This document shows, piece by piece, positions 38,149 to 47,380 of a DNA stretch of 64,000 bases. The notes beneath the pieces are model-generated. The model ran no database searches and was not told the DNA's origin. It saw nothing but the letters and a program-made list of their open reading frames with translations. The DNA is taken from assembly GCA_043826435.1 (NCBI GenBank), contig JBDRQF010000061.1, forward strand, positions 6,919 to 70,918. The letters are read 5' to 3'. The translations under genes were made by a program, and so were the position numbers. How positions within the stretch are numbered: position 1 is the stretch's first letter; every line of letters starts with the position of its first letter. This DNA is from Elusimicrobiota bacterium (GTDB taxonomy: Bacteria > Elusimicrobiota > Endomicrobiia > CG1-02-37-114 > JAHJSO01).

Positions 38149-39930
38149 ATGAAACTGTCAAATTATTTTATACCTACACTCAGGGAGGACCCGTCAGACG
38201 CGGACACAATTTCCACGGTTCTGATGATGCGTTCCGGAATGATAAGAAAATTAGCCAGCGGTATTTATGAATGGCTGCCGTTAGGCCTCCGGGTGCTGAA
38301 AAAGGTTGAGCAGATTGTCCGGGAGGAAATGAACGCAATCGGCGGGCAGGAGGTGTGGTTGCCTGTACTCTTGCCAAAGGACCTGTGGGAGGAAACGGGC
38401 AGGTGGCAGTTATATGGGAAGGAGTTGTGTCGTATAAAAGACAGAAAGGGCAATGATTTCTGTCTGGGACCCACCCACGAGGAAGTAATTACTGACATTG
38501 TTAGAAAAGAGGTTAGGTCATACAGACAACTCCCAGTGATGTTCTACCAGTTCGGCGTAAAATTCAGGGACGAGATTCGCCCGAGGTTCGGCGTGATGAG
38601 GGCAAGGGAATTCTTGATGAAGGACGCTTACTCCTTCCATGCCACGGAGGAAGATGCGGAGAAGTATTACCAGGAGGTCTTCAGGGCGTATTCAAAAATC
38701 GTAGAGAGGTGCGGTTTTAATTTCAGGGCTGTTGAGGCGGCTACGGGCGCAATAGGGGGAAAATTCTCGCACGAGTTTATGGTCCTGGCGGACACGGGAG
38801 AAGAGGAGATTGTCTGGTGCAGGTGCGGCTATTCTGCAAATGTTGAAAAAGCAGAATGTACGCAGGAAGAGAGCCCTGCGGGAGATATCAGCCCTGATAA
38901 AGTAGAAGGAGTCCATTCTGCCGACGATGTCGTCCCTGCTGATTTGGAAGAGGTCCACACACCAGGGCTCCGCAGCGTGGAGGAGGTCGGAAGTTTTTTG
39001 AACGCCCAGCCGGATAAGTTTATAAAATCCCTAATATATCTCTGTGACGGTGTCCCTGTAATGGTTCTCGTCCGTGGCGATTATGAAGTCAATGAAATAA
39101 AACTCAGGGAGCATTTTTCCTGCCAGGAACTTACTCTGGCTGACTCGCAGACAATAGAAAAAATAACCGGAGCACCTGTCGGTTTCGCAGGGCCCGTGAA
39201 TATAAAAAATAAATCAGGGGGTGGCGTAAAGGGTAGTATGAAAATAGTTGCCGATTATTCCGTTAAATCAATTGTTAACGCTATTTCAGGAGCGAACAAA
39301 AAGGACTATCACTTAAAGAATATCAATTTCGGCAGGGATTACCAGCCCGACGAGGTTTTTGACCTCAGGAAGGTTACGAAAGGTGACGCCTGCCCCAGGT
39401 GTCTCGCCGGAGGTAAGACCGTCCCGCTTAATTTTTCCCACGGCATAGAGGTGGGGCACACCTTCAAATTAGGGACGAAATATTCAAAGGCGATGGAGGC
39501 GACTTTCCTTGATACGGCCGGCAAAGAGCAGTTTTTCATAATGGGGTGTTACGGCATAGGCGTTTCAAGAATAGTCGCCGCTGCCATTGAACAGTCCCAT
39601 GACGAGAACGGAATTATCTGGAATGAAAACCTGGCGCCTTTTGATGTTTTGATTCTACCGATTGATTACAACGACCCTGAGATAAGGAAAACGAGTGACA
39701 GGATTTATTCTGCGCTAAGGGACAACGGTTTTGAAGTGCTGATGGACGACAGGGATGAAAGACCCGGCGTGAAATTTAAGGATGCGGATTTAATAGGCGT
39801 GCCGGTGCGCATTACGGTTAGCAAAAGAAATTTAACCGAAAAAAAGATTGAAATAAAATTCAGAAACCGGAAGGATCTCTTTTTGGTAGCAGAGAGCGAG
39901 ATGCTGGAGACGATTAAAAGGACTCTCTGA
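38149..39930 (+). CDS. proS: proline--tRNA ligase
   Basis: 593 aa. Class II aaRS motifs and a bacterial-type insertion domain are present. Confidence 0.9.
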   Translation: MKLSNYFIPTLREDPSDADTISTVLMMRSGMIRKLASGIYEWLPLGLRVLKKVEQIVREEMNAIGGQEVWLPVLLPKDLWEETGRWQLYGKELCRIKDRKGNDFCLGPTHEEVITDIVRKEVRSYRQLPVMFYQFGVKFRDEIRPRFGVMRAREFLMKDAYSFHATEEDAEKYYQEVFRAYSKIVERCGFNFRAVEAATGAIGGKFSHEFMVLADTGEEEIVWCRCGYSANVEKAECTQEESPAGDISPDKVEGVHSADDVVPADLEEVHTPGLRSVEEVGSFLNAQPDKFIKSLIYLCDGVPVMVLVRGDYEVNEIKLREHFSCQELTLADSQTIEKITGAPVGFAGPVNIKNKSGGGVKGSMKIVADYSVKSIVNAISGANKKDYHLKNINFGRDYQPDEVFDLRKVTKGDACPRCLAGGKTVPLNFSHGIEVGHTFKLGTKYSKAMEATFLDTAGKEQFFIMGCYGIGVSRIVAAAIEQSHDENGIIWNENLAPFDVLILPIDYNDPEIRKTSDRIYSALRDNGFEVLMDDRDERPGVKFKDADLIGVPVRITVSKRNLTEKKIEIKFRNRKDLFLVAESEMLETIKRTL

Positions 39931-39946
39931 GAAAGGACAGGAAAGT

Positions 39947-40294
39947 ATGGAAATACCGTCCCTCGAGCAACTGACATTTGACGAAATCAATGCAATACTG
40001 GTTCACAAATGGTATTTGAGTGAAAAAGCACGGTATGATGTCGGGATGGAGTTTGCCAAAAACGATTTCTTCAGGAATCATTCAAGAGCATGGCGTCAGA
40101 AAAAAATGCATGAGGATGTCGTCCGGCAAAAAGAAGAGATATTGAGACACAAATGGTATCTATCAGAGAAATTGGGATACGATGTAGGGATACAAAAAGC
40201 GGCACTTGACTGGATACTCTGCGGATATGCCGAACACTGGCGGTGCTGTACAGGACCCTATGAGAAAAAAAGAAAAAAATGTTCGTCCACTTGA
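39947..40294 (+). CDS. hypothetical protein with two HKWYLSEK-x-YDVG repeats and a Cys-rich C-terminus
   Basis: Internal duplication: ILVHKWYLSEKARYDVGMEFA and ILRHKWYLSEKLGYDVGIQKA. It resembles an HKW-motif DUF (possibly DUF4032); that assignment is low confidence. Confidence 0.4.
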   Translation: MEIPSLEQLTFDEINAILVHKWYLSEKARYDVGMEFAKNDFFRNHSRAWRQKKMHEDVVRQKEEILRHKWYLSEKLGYDVGIQKAALDWILCGYAEHWRCCTGPYEKKRKKCSST

Positions 40295-40371
40295 AAACCT
40301 TTTTATAATTTGCTATCATACATTCGGCTGGCGCTTAGAAATGGGTGGCTGGTGGTAGGCCGCTTTTTTTT

Positions 40372-40815
40372 ATGGAAGAGATTATTAAAATTATTGAACC
40401 CGCTCTCCGGGAGACGGGCTACGAGCTTGTTGACGTTGAGTTGATGAAGGACAGGTTTTTGAGAATTTACATAGACAGGGCTTCCGGGGGCGTTACGCTT
40501 GACGACTGCGCCATTGTGAGCGGGAAGATAGGTTTATTGCTTGACTCGTCAGGGATTATGGATGGCGGGTATAACTTGGAGGTGTCTTCGCCCGGAGTTT
40601 ACCGCCGGCTGAAAAAAGAAAAGGATTTCATTAAATGGACGGGCAGCAGGGTCCATGTTAAACTGTATGAGCCCGTTGATTCGCACAGGAAGCTCGTCGG
40701 AATTATCAGGGGTTTTGAGTCGGGTATCTTATCCCTTGAAACGGAAGGCAGGACGCTGGGGATAGATGTTAAAAATATAGCGAAGGCGAATCTATATCCT
40801 GAGATGGAGATATGA
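40372..40815 (+). CDS. rimP: ribosome maturation factor RimP
   Basis: It precedes nusA-infB. MEEIIKIIEPALRETGYELVDVE is the RimP N-terminus. Confidence 0.8.
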   Translation: MEEIIKIIEPALRETGYELVDVELMKDRFLRIYIDRASGGVTLDDCAIVSGKIGLLLDSSGIMDGGYNLEVSSPGVYRRLKKEKDFIKWTGSRVHVKLYEPVDSHRKLVGIIRGFESGILSLETEGRTLGIDVKNIAKANLYPEMEI

Positions 40816-40856
40816 TGCCCGGCGCTGGCGCGACGATAGGAGGTCGCTGATAAGTA

Positions 40857-42152
40857 ATGACAGAATTTAAAAGTGAACTTTTTCCTGTCCTTGAACAGAT
40901 TGAAAAAGAAAAGGGCATAAAGAAGGAGGAGATAATCAGGGTGATAGAGTCCGCCCTTATTTCCGCCTACAAGAAGCATGTAGGCAGGAACGTGAACGTT
41001 GAGGCGGTCGTGGACGTGGAGACGTCCGAGGTGAAGGCGTTTGTTGTCAAAAAGGTTGTTGACGACGTTTCCAACCCGAACGTGGAAATTTCGCTTGACG
41101 ATGCGAAAGGCATTTCGCCGGATGCGTCCGTGGGCCAGGATTTAAGGATACGATTAGACACGCAGGATTTCGCCCGTATAGCCGCCCAGACAGCAAAGCA
41201 GGTCATCATTCAAAAAATCAGGGAATCCGAAAGGGCAAGCATGTACGACGATTTCAAAAAGAAGGAAGGGGCAGCGCTGACCGGCGCCGTATATAAATTC
41301 GTTGACAAGAATATAATCGTTGACCTTGGTAAGACCGAGGGGATTATACCCGCCAGGGAACAGGTATTTTCTGAAAGGTTTCGTATAGGAGAGCACCTGA
41401 AGGTGCTGCTCGTGAACGTTGAAAGGGGCCCGCGTGGGCCGCGGCTTTTGCTGTCCAGGAACCGCACGGAACTGGTAAAGAGATTGTTTGAGATGGATGT
41501 CCCTGAGATTTATGAAAAAATCGTAGAGATAAAACAGATAGTCAGGGCGCCGGGGATAAGGTCCAAGGTTGTCGTCAGGTCAAACAATTTAAAGGTTGAC
41601 CCTGTGGGAGCGTGCGTGGGAGTGAAGGGCTCAAGGGTTAAACCGATTATTGACGAACTCAGGGGCGAGAGGATTGATTTGATATTGTATTCGGAGGAAT
41701 CTACAAAATTCATAGCGTCCGCATTTTCACCCGCAAAGGTTGAAAATGTCAACGTTATTGATGCAACGAGGAAAAAGGCGGAGGTAATTGTTAAAGATGA
41801 TGTACTGTCCCTCGCCATAGGCAAGGGCGGGGCTAACGTTAACCTTGTATGCAGGTTGACGGGATGGCGCATTGATGTCCGCTCTGAAACGCAGAAGAAA
41901 GAAGCGGCGAAGGAAAAAGAAGTCCTATCGGTGGAGCAACTCACCAAACTTGACGGTGTCGGCCCTAAACTTGCAGAGACACTTTTCAAGGCGGGACTCA
42001 GGAGTATAGACAAACTTGCAAATATAAAATTGGAGGACCTGGTTACGCTCCAGGGAGTCGGAGAGAAAACAGCCCAGAAAATAATTGATTCAGCGAAAAA
42101 CACACTTGAAGATAAAAAAGATAAAGGAAATGGAAAAGAAAAACAAGGATAA
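40857..42152 (+). CDS. nusA: transcription termination/antitermination factor NusA
   Basis: S1 and KH domains and C-terminal HhH repeats. Confidence 0.9.
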   Translation: MTEFKSELFPVLEQIEKEKGIKKEEIIRVIESALISAYKKHVGRNVNVEAVVDVETSEVKAFVVKKVVDDVSNPNVEISLDDAKGISPDASVGQDLRIRLDTQDFARIAAQTAKQVIIQKIRESERASMYDDFKKKEGAALTGAVYKFVDKNIIVDLGKTEGIIPAREQVFSERFRIGEHLKVLLVNVERGPRGPRLLLSRNRTELVKRLFEMDVPEIYEKIVEIKQIVRAPGIRSKVVVRSNNLKVDPVGACVGVKGSRVKPIIDELRGERIDLILYSEESTKFIASAFSPAKVENVNVIDATRKKAEVIVKDDVLSLAIGKGGANVNLVCRLTGWRIDVRSETQKKEAAKEKEVLSVEQLTKLDGVGPKLAETLFKAGLRSIDKLANIKLEDLVTLQGVGEKTAQKIIDSAKNTLEDKKDKGNGKEKQG

Positions 42153-44424
42153 GAAAAAAACCGGCGCAGAAAAAACTGCTGTACCGGGCAAGGCACCAGT
42201 TAAACCTGTAAAGCCCGTGGCTAAGCCGGAGGCGCCTGTTGCAAAAATAAAGCCCGCAGTTAAACCTGTAAAGCCCGTGGCTAAACCGGAGGCGCCTGTT
42301 GCAAAAGTAAAGCCCGCAGTTAAACCTGTAAAGCCCGTGGCTAAGCCGGAGACGCCTGTTGCAAAAGTAAAGCCCGCAGTTAAACCTGTAAAGCCCGTGG
42401 CTAAGCCGGAGACGCCTGTTACAAAAGTAAAGCCCGCAGTTAAACGGGTTGCGAAACCAAAATTAAAACCGAAAGAAATAGTGGTGGTAAAACCGCCGGT
42501 TGAAAAGGTGAGAACAGTTAAAACAGTTGGGGAGATAAAGCCACCTGCAGTTGAACGTCCGGCGCCCCCGCCCCCGACTTCGCCCCCGTCCCCGACTGCG
42601 CCCCCGGCACAGTCCCCGCCTCCGTCTCCACCCCCGATCCCGGAGCCCCATGCTCCCCTGCCGAAAGTTCCGGTTATAGACAAAAAGATAATTCTTCCAA
42701 AAATAAAAATAAACGAACTTTCTACAATAAGAGAGATTGCGGGGAAGATAAACAAAAGCCCTTCCGATCTGCTGAAGAAACTTCTGGGGATGGGTATCGT
42801 TTCAACCATCAACCAGCGTCTGGACCGCGACACGGCGAGTGTTTTACTCCACGAGTACGACTACGACATTGATTTTATAAATATTTATGAAGAGGAAATT
42901 TCAGCGAAATCGGAGGACAAGAAATTACTTAAACCGAGGCCCCCTGTCGTTACCGTTATGGGGCACGTTGACCACGGCAAGACGACCCTGCTTGATACGA
43001 TAAGAAAATCAAAGATTACCGAGAAGGAACACGGCGGAATTACCCAGCATATAGGCGCCTACATGGTGAAGACGCCGAAGGGCGAAATAGTGTTTCTGGA
43101 TACGCCGGGACACCAGGCATTTACCGCTATGCGCGCGCACGGCTCAAAAATTACCGATATAGTGGTGCTTGTGGTGGCAGCCGATGACAACGTTATGCCT
43201 CAGACGGTGGAGGCCATTGACCATGCGCGTGCAGCAGGGGTCCCCATAATAGTCGCCATCAACAAGATAGACGTTGCAACTGCAAACCCGCAGGGCACCA
43301 AACAGAAACTGACCCAGTACGGACTGATACCTGACGACTGGGGCGGGGATACCCTGACGGTTGAGATATCTGCAAGGAACAACATAAACATTGACAAACT
43401 ACTTGAATCCATCCTCTTCAAAGCGGAACTCATGGAACTTAAGGCAAACCCGGAAAGACCTGCAAGAGGGGTTGTGGTGGAGTCACGGATGGACCCGAGG
43501 AAAGGGCCGGTGGCGACTGTCCTCGTGCAAGCAGGCACCTTGAAAGCCGGTGATGCCCTGATTTGCGGTTTTACCGGCGGGAAAGTCAGGGCTATGCTGA
43601 ACGATACGGGCCACAGGATAAATGCCGCGGGGCCGAGCGTTCCGGTTGAAATACTCGGGCTTGAATCGGTCGTTTCTGCGGGTGACGCTTGTTTTGTGGT
43701 GAAAGACGAGAGGTTGGCCAGGGAGATAATAAGTAAAAGAAAGGCCGCCCTGAGCGCCCAGAGGGTGGATGCAAGAAAGAGGGTTTCACTGGAAGACATC
43801 GGCGCAGGCAGGGTGAAACAACTGGACATCATCTTAAAGACGGACGTCTCCGGTTCGCTGGATGCAATAAAGGATGCCATTGAGCACCTGCATTCAGATG
43901 AAATAAAGTTGAATATCGTCCACGGCGGGGTGGGGGCGATAAATGAGTCCGACGTCAACCTCGCTATTGCTTCAAATGCAATTATAATCGGGTTCAACGT
44001 GCGGGCGAACCCCAATGCCGAAACGATGGCAAAAAAGGAGGGTATTGATACAAGGACTTACAGGATAATATACGAACTCATAAGCAGTTTAAAATCGGCA
44101 ATGGAAGGCCTCGTTGAGCCGAAGATGGTTGAAACAACAACGGGCAGGGTTGAAATCAAAAAGGTCTTCCAGATAACCGGTTCCGGGGCGGTTGCGGGAT
44201 GCATGGTGATTGACGGAAAGATTAACCGCTCGTCAAAGGTCAGGTTACTGAGGGACGATGTGATTGTTTATGAAGGCGCCATCAAGTCATTAAAAAGATT
44301 TAAGGACGACGTAAGGGAAGTTGAAAAAGGGTATGAGTGCGGGGTGTCACTGGAAAATTACAACGACATAAAGGCAGGAGATATAATTGAGGTGTACGTC
44401 CAGGAAAAGGCAAAAGCGATCTGA
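42130..44424 (+). CDS. infB: translation initiation factor IF-2
   Basis: GTPase domain ([21 protein letters not shown]). The N-terminal domain is repetitive and Pro-rich. Confidence 0.9.
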   Translation: MEKKNKDKKKTGAEKTAVPGKAPVKPVKPVAKPEAPVAKIKPAVKPVKPVAKPEAPVAKVKPAVKPVKPVAKPETPVAKVKPAVKPVKPVAKPETPVTKVKPAVKRVAKPKLKPKEIVVVKPPVEKVRTVKTVGEIKPPAVERPAPPPPTSPPSPTAPPAQSPPPSPPPIPEPHAPLPKVPVIDKKIILPKIKINELSTIREIAGKINKSPSDLLKKLLGMGIVSTINQRLDRDTASVLLHEYDYDIDFINIYEEEISAKSEDKKLLKPRPPVVTVMGHVDHGKTTLLDTIRKSKITEKEHGGITQHIGAYMVKTPKGEIVFLDTPGHQAFTAMRAHGSKITDIVVLVVAADDNVMPQTVEAIDHARAAGVPIIVAINKIDVATANPQGTKQKLTQYGLIPDDWGGDTLTVEISARNNINIDKLLESILFKAELMELKANPERPARGVVVESRMDPRKGPVATVLVQAGTLKAGDALICGFTGGKVRAMLNDTGHRINAAGPSVPVEILGLESVVSAGDACFVVKDERLAREIISKRKAALSAQRVDARKRVSLEDIGAGRVKQLDIILKTDVSGSLDAIKDAIEHLHSDEIKLNIVHGGVGAINESDVNLAIASNAIIIGFNVRANPNAETMAKKEGIDTRTYRIIYELISSLKSAMEGLVEPKMVETTTGRVEIKKVFQITGSGAVAGCMVIDGKINRSSKVRLLRDDVIVYEGAIKSLKRFKDDVREVEKGYECGVSLENYNDIKAGDIIEVYVQEKAKAI
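42199..42448 (+). repeat. 60-bp tandem repeat (about 4.2 copies) encoding [20 protein letters not shown] units in the IF-2 N-terminal domain
   Basis: The units are near-identical and differ only by a few substitutions (gag/gac, aaa/gta). Confidence 0.75.
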
Positions 44425-44432
44425 TAAGTTAA

Positions 44433-44837
44433 ATGCAAGCGAGAAATATACCATACAGCCGGACAGTAAGGATTAGCAGCATCCTGAAGATTGAGGTTTC
44501 AAGGATAATACGGGAACTGAACGATCCGGGCATCGGGTTTATTACGGTTACGGACGCAAAGATTTCGCCCGACCTTTCGGAAGCAAGAATTTATTTTTCC
44601 GTCCTCGGTGATGAGAAGGAAAAGGATGAGACCTCGCAGGCGCTGCACAGAGCAAGCGGTTTTATCCGGGGGTGTCTTTCAAAAATCCTGAGTTTGCGGA
44701 AGATACCGGAGATAAAATTCATATACGACGGTACCCCCGCGACCGCTTCAAGGATATTTTCAATACTTGAAAAGATAAGAAATGAAAAAAAGATTCCCCG
44801 GAAAAAGACAGCAAGAAAAAAGAAAAAGGGCCGTTAA
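44433..44837 (+). CDS. rbfA: ribosome-binding factor A
   Basis: 134 aa. RbfA KH-like fold. It follows infB. Confidence 0.8.
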   Translation: MQARNIPYSRTVRISSILKIEVSRIIRELNDPGIGFITVTDAKISPDLSEARIYFSVLGDEKEKDETSQALHRASGFIRGCLSKILSLRKIPEIKFIYDGTPATASRIFSILEKIRNEKKIPRKKTARKKKKGR

Positions 44838-45798
44838 GGAAATAGCCCGCCTGTTCAGGACTGAAAAAAGTTTTTTGATAATAGGGCACGTACGTCCCGA
44901 CGGGGATACCGTCGGTTCGGCGCTTGCGATAGGTTCGTGGTTAGGAGCAGAAGGCAGGAGGGTTAAGGTAGTCAACGCGGATAACACGCCGCAGTACCTG
45001 ATGTTTCTGAAGGGCGCAAAACGGATTAAGAGGATACACGGGTTCAGCGAGCTGAAAAACGGTTACGATGTGTGCATTGTGCTTGAATGCCCCGACGTCC
45101 TCCGAATAGGTTTCCCTTTTGAAAAGGAAAGGTTTAAAAAGACAATAATCATAGACCATCACCCCTACGGCAAGAAAGGCATAAAGGACGGGGTGGAATT
45201 CATTGACCCCGGCGCATCCTCCTGCGCCGAACTGGTGTGGGACATAATGGAGGCGGCAGGACATAAGGTTACCAGGGACGAGGCAGTGTGTCTTTACACG
45301 GGTATTTTAACGGATACCGGCAAGTTCCAGTATGAGAATACGACGGGCCACACCCTGCATGCCGCAGCGGCGATGGTTGACCGCGGCGTTGACCCCGTAA
45401 CGCTATATCAAAAACTCTATGTGAACAAGACGCTGTCCGGTTTAAGGTTGCTGGGCGGCACCCTCTCCTCGCTGAAGGTTGACGGGAAGGTCGCATACCT
45501 GATGGTTACTGATGCAGTTTTGAAAAAACACAACGCTTCCGACGAGGACACCGAAGAGATTATACATTATGCAGGACTCCTTAAGGGGATAGGTCTGTTC
45601 GTTATGTTCCGTGAACTCCGCAACCCCCGCGGGACGGTAAAGGTGAGTTTGAGGTCCTGCGGAAAAATAAATGCGAACCACCTGGCCGGTCTTTTCGGCG
45701 GCGGGGGGCACGTCCGGGCAGCGGGGTTTCAGATAAAAGGCGCGATAAAGCGTGTAATCCCCAAAGTCCTGTCCGTGTTGAAAAGGTATGCTGTCTGA
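44782..45798 (+). CDS. nrnA: DHH/DHHA1 phosphoesterase (NrnA-like bifunctional oligoribonuclease/pAp phosphatase)
   Basis: SFLIIGHVRPDGDTVGS DHH motif. DHHA1 GGGH near the C-terminus. Confidence 0.7.
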   Translation: MKKRFPGKRQQEKRKRAVKEIARLFRTEKSFLIIGHVRPDGDTVGSALAIGSWLGAEGRRVKVVNADNTPQYLMFLKGAKRIKRIHGFSELKNGYDVCIVLECPDVLRIGFPFEKERFKKTIIIDHHPYGKKGIKDGVEFIDPGASSCAELVWDIMEAAGHKVTRDEAVCLYTGILTDTGKFQYENTTGHTLHAAAAMVDRGVDPVTLYQKLYVNKTLSGLRLLGGTLSSLKVDGKVAYLMVTDAVLKKHNASDEDTEEIIHYAGLLKGIGLFVMFRELRNPRGTVKVSLRSCGKINANHLAGLFGGGGHVRAAGFQIKGAIKRVIPKVLSVLKRYAV

Positions 45799-46510
45799 AG
45801 CGATACTTAACGTTTGCAAACCGGTTGGCATGACGTCTTATGACGTTGTCCGTTTAATCAAGAAAAAAACCGGGATGGGGAAGGTCGGGCATGCAGGCAC
45901 GCTTGACCCGTTCGCGCGGGGAGTGCTTGTTGTCCTTGTTGGAAAAGCAACGAAATATTTTGATATAATAGTTCGTATGGAGAAGGCCTATACCGGCAGG
46001 ATGATCCTCGGGCAGGAAACAGACACGGGAGACCCGACGGGAAAAATCGTCCAGGTCAGCGGCGGTAACGAAAAACCTCTTGATTTGGAAGAGATAAAGA
46101 GTGTTTTCTCTTCTTACAGGGGAGATATTTATCAGTCGCCTCACCCGTATTCGGCAGCGAAGTTTCGCGGAAAGAAGTTATACGAATACGCAAGGAAAGG
46201 CGAAATGGTTATCAAGCCGCCGCGTCCGATAAAGATATATTCTTTTGAAATAACCGGGTACTCCCACCCCTTTATTGATTTTATTCTGAAGTGTTCAAGC
46301 GGGACTTACGTGAGGGGGCTGGCGCAGGAAGCCGGCCGGCGGCTGGGCAGGTATGCCACACTTGTTGAACTTACAAGGGAAGCGGTCGGAAAGTTTAAAC
46401 TGTGCGATTCCATCGGTTATGATGAGATTTCGGGTATGACGGCAGACGAGTTCCATAATTGGCGAGGGATGTGTGGAAAAGAAATGTGTTTTCACGATGG
46501 GGTTTTTTGA
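45788..46510 (+). CDS. truB: tRNA pseudouridine(55) synthase
   Basis: KPVGMTSYDVV and KVGHAGTLDP catalytic motif. Confidence 0.85.
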   Translation: MLSEAILNVCKPVGMTSYDVVRLIKKKTGMGKVGHAGTLDPFARGVLVVLVGKATKYFDIIVRMEKAYTGRMILGQETDTGDPTGKIVQVSGGNEKPLDLEEIKSVFSSYRGDIYQSPHPYSAAKFRGKKLYEYARKGEMVIKPPRPIKIYSFEITGYSHPFIDFILKCSSGTYVRGLAQEAGRRLGRYATLVELTREAVGKFKLCDSIGYDEISGMTADEFHNWRGMCGKEMCFHDGVF

Positions 46511-47378
46511 CGGTGTCCATACGGGGCATGCGTCCCTCATACAGCAGGTAATTCGGCAGGCGAGAGGGAAAAATTACGAATCGCTAATACTGACCTTTGA
46601 CAAAAAACCGCGGCTGGTTGAAAAGGGGGATAGCATACTCACACCCCTGAGCGAGAAACTCGGACTGCTTGCTGCTTACGGCGCGGACAGGATAGAAGTA
46701 ATAAGATTTGACAGCGCCCTCGCCCACCTGCCGCCTGAAAGTTTTTTCAGGGACATGCTTGTGAAGAATTATAAGATAGCGGCCATTGTGGCGGGATATG
46801 ATTTTGCTTTCGGCAGGGGCAGGACTGGCACCAGGGAAACCCTCGGAGCGTTGTGCAGGGAAGAGGGGATTTCACTTACAGCCGTTAAGCCGCTGTTTTA
46901 CAAAGGCGAAATCGTTTCGTCTTCACTGATAAGAAGGCGCCTGCTGGCGGGTGACATAGATATGGCAAACGGACTTCTCGGCAGGGCATATTCTTTCTGC
47001 GGCAGGGTGGTAAGGGGAAAGGGCGCCGGTTCCGGGATGGGTTTTCCGACGGCAAATGTCCGGATTGATAAACGGAAACTCCTGCCCTGCGGTGTCTTTC
47101 AGGGCGCAGTTGAAATAGGCGGCCGAGGCGGCACGGGCGGCGCAATTTTTAACGCCGTGGCGAACATCGGAACTTCGCCGACTTTTTCATCAGCCGGAAA
47201 AAGCAGGGAAATTATACCCGAAGTCCACGTAATTGACTTTAACGAAAACATACTTGGCAGGGAAATTGTTTTTTATTTTAATAGAAAAATAAGGGATGAG
47301 AAAAAATTCAGGAGCAGGGAGCATCTCGCAGGGCAGATAAGAAGGGACATAAACATCGGCCGGAATATAAATAATTAG
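46473..47378 (+). CDS. ribF: bifunctional riboflavin kinase / FMN adenylyltransferase
   Basis: MGFFDGVHTGH N-terminal FAD synthetase motif. C-terminal riboflavin kinase domain. Confidence 0.85.
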   Translation: MEKKCVFTMGFFDGVHTGHASLIQQVIRQARGKNYESLILTFDKKPRLVEKGDSILTPLSEKLGLLAAYGADRIEVIRFDSALAHLPPESFFRDMLVKNYKIAAIVAGYDFAFGRGRTGTRETLGALCREEGISLTAVKPLFYKGEIVSSSLIRRRLLAGDIDMANGLLGRAYSFCGRVVRGKGAGSGMGFPTANVRIDKRKLLPCGVFQGAVEIGGRGGTGGAIFNAVANIGTSPTFSSAGKSREIIPEVHVIDFNENILGREIVFYFNRKIRDEKKFRSREHLAGQIRRDINIGRNINN

Positions 47379-47380
47379 GG

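Noticed and set aside
40295-40371. Rho-independent terminator ending in the T9 tract before rimP
   Set aside because: A long T-run is present, but no convincing GC-rich stem longer than 4 bp precedes it. It could equally be part of the rimP 5' UTR.
42090-42833. 247-aa minus-strand ORF rich in Gly and Thr repeats
   Set aside because: It is the antisense shadow of the infB 60-bp repeat and Pro-rich region. It has no RBS and is periodic only because of the sense-strand VNTR.
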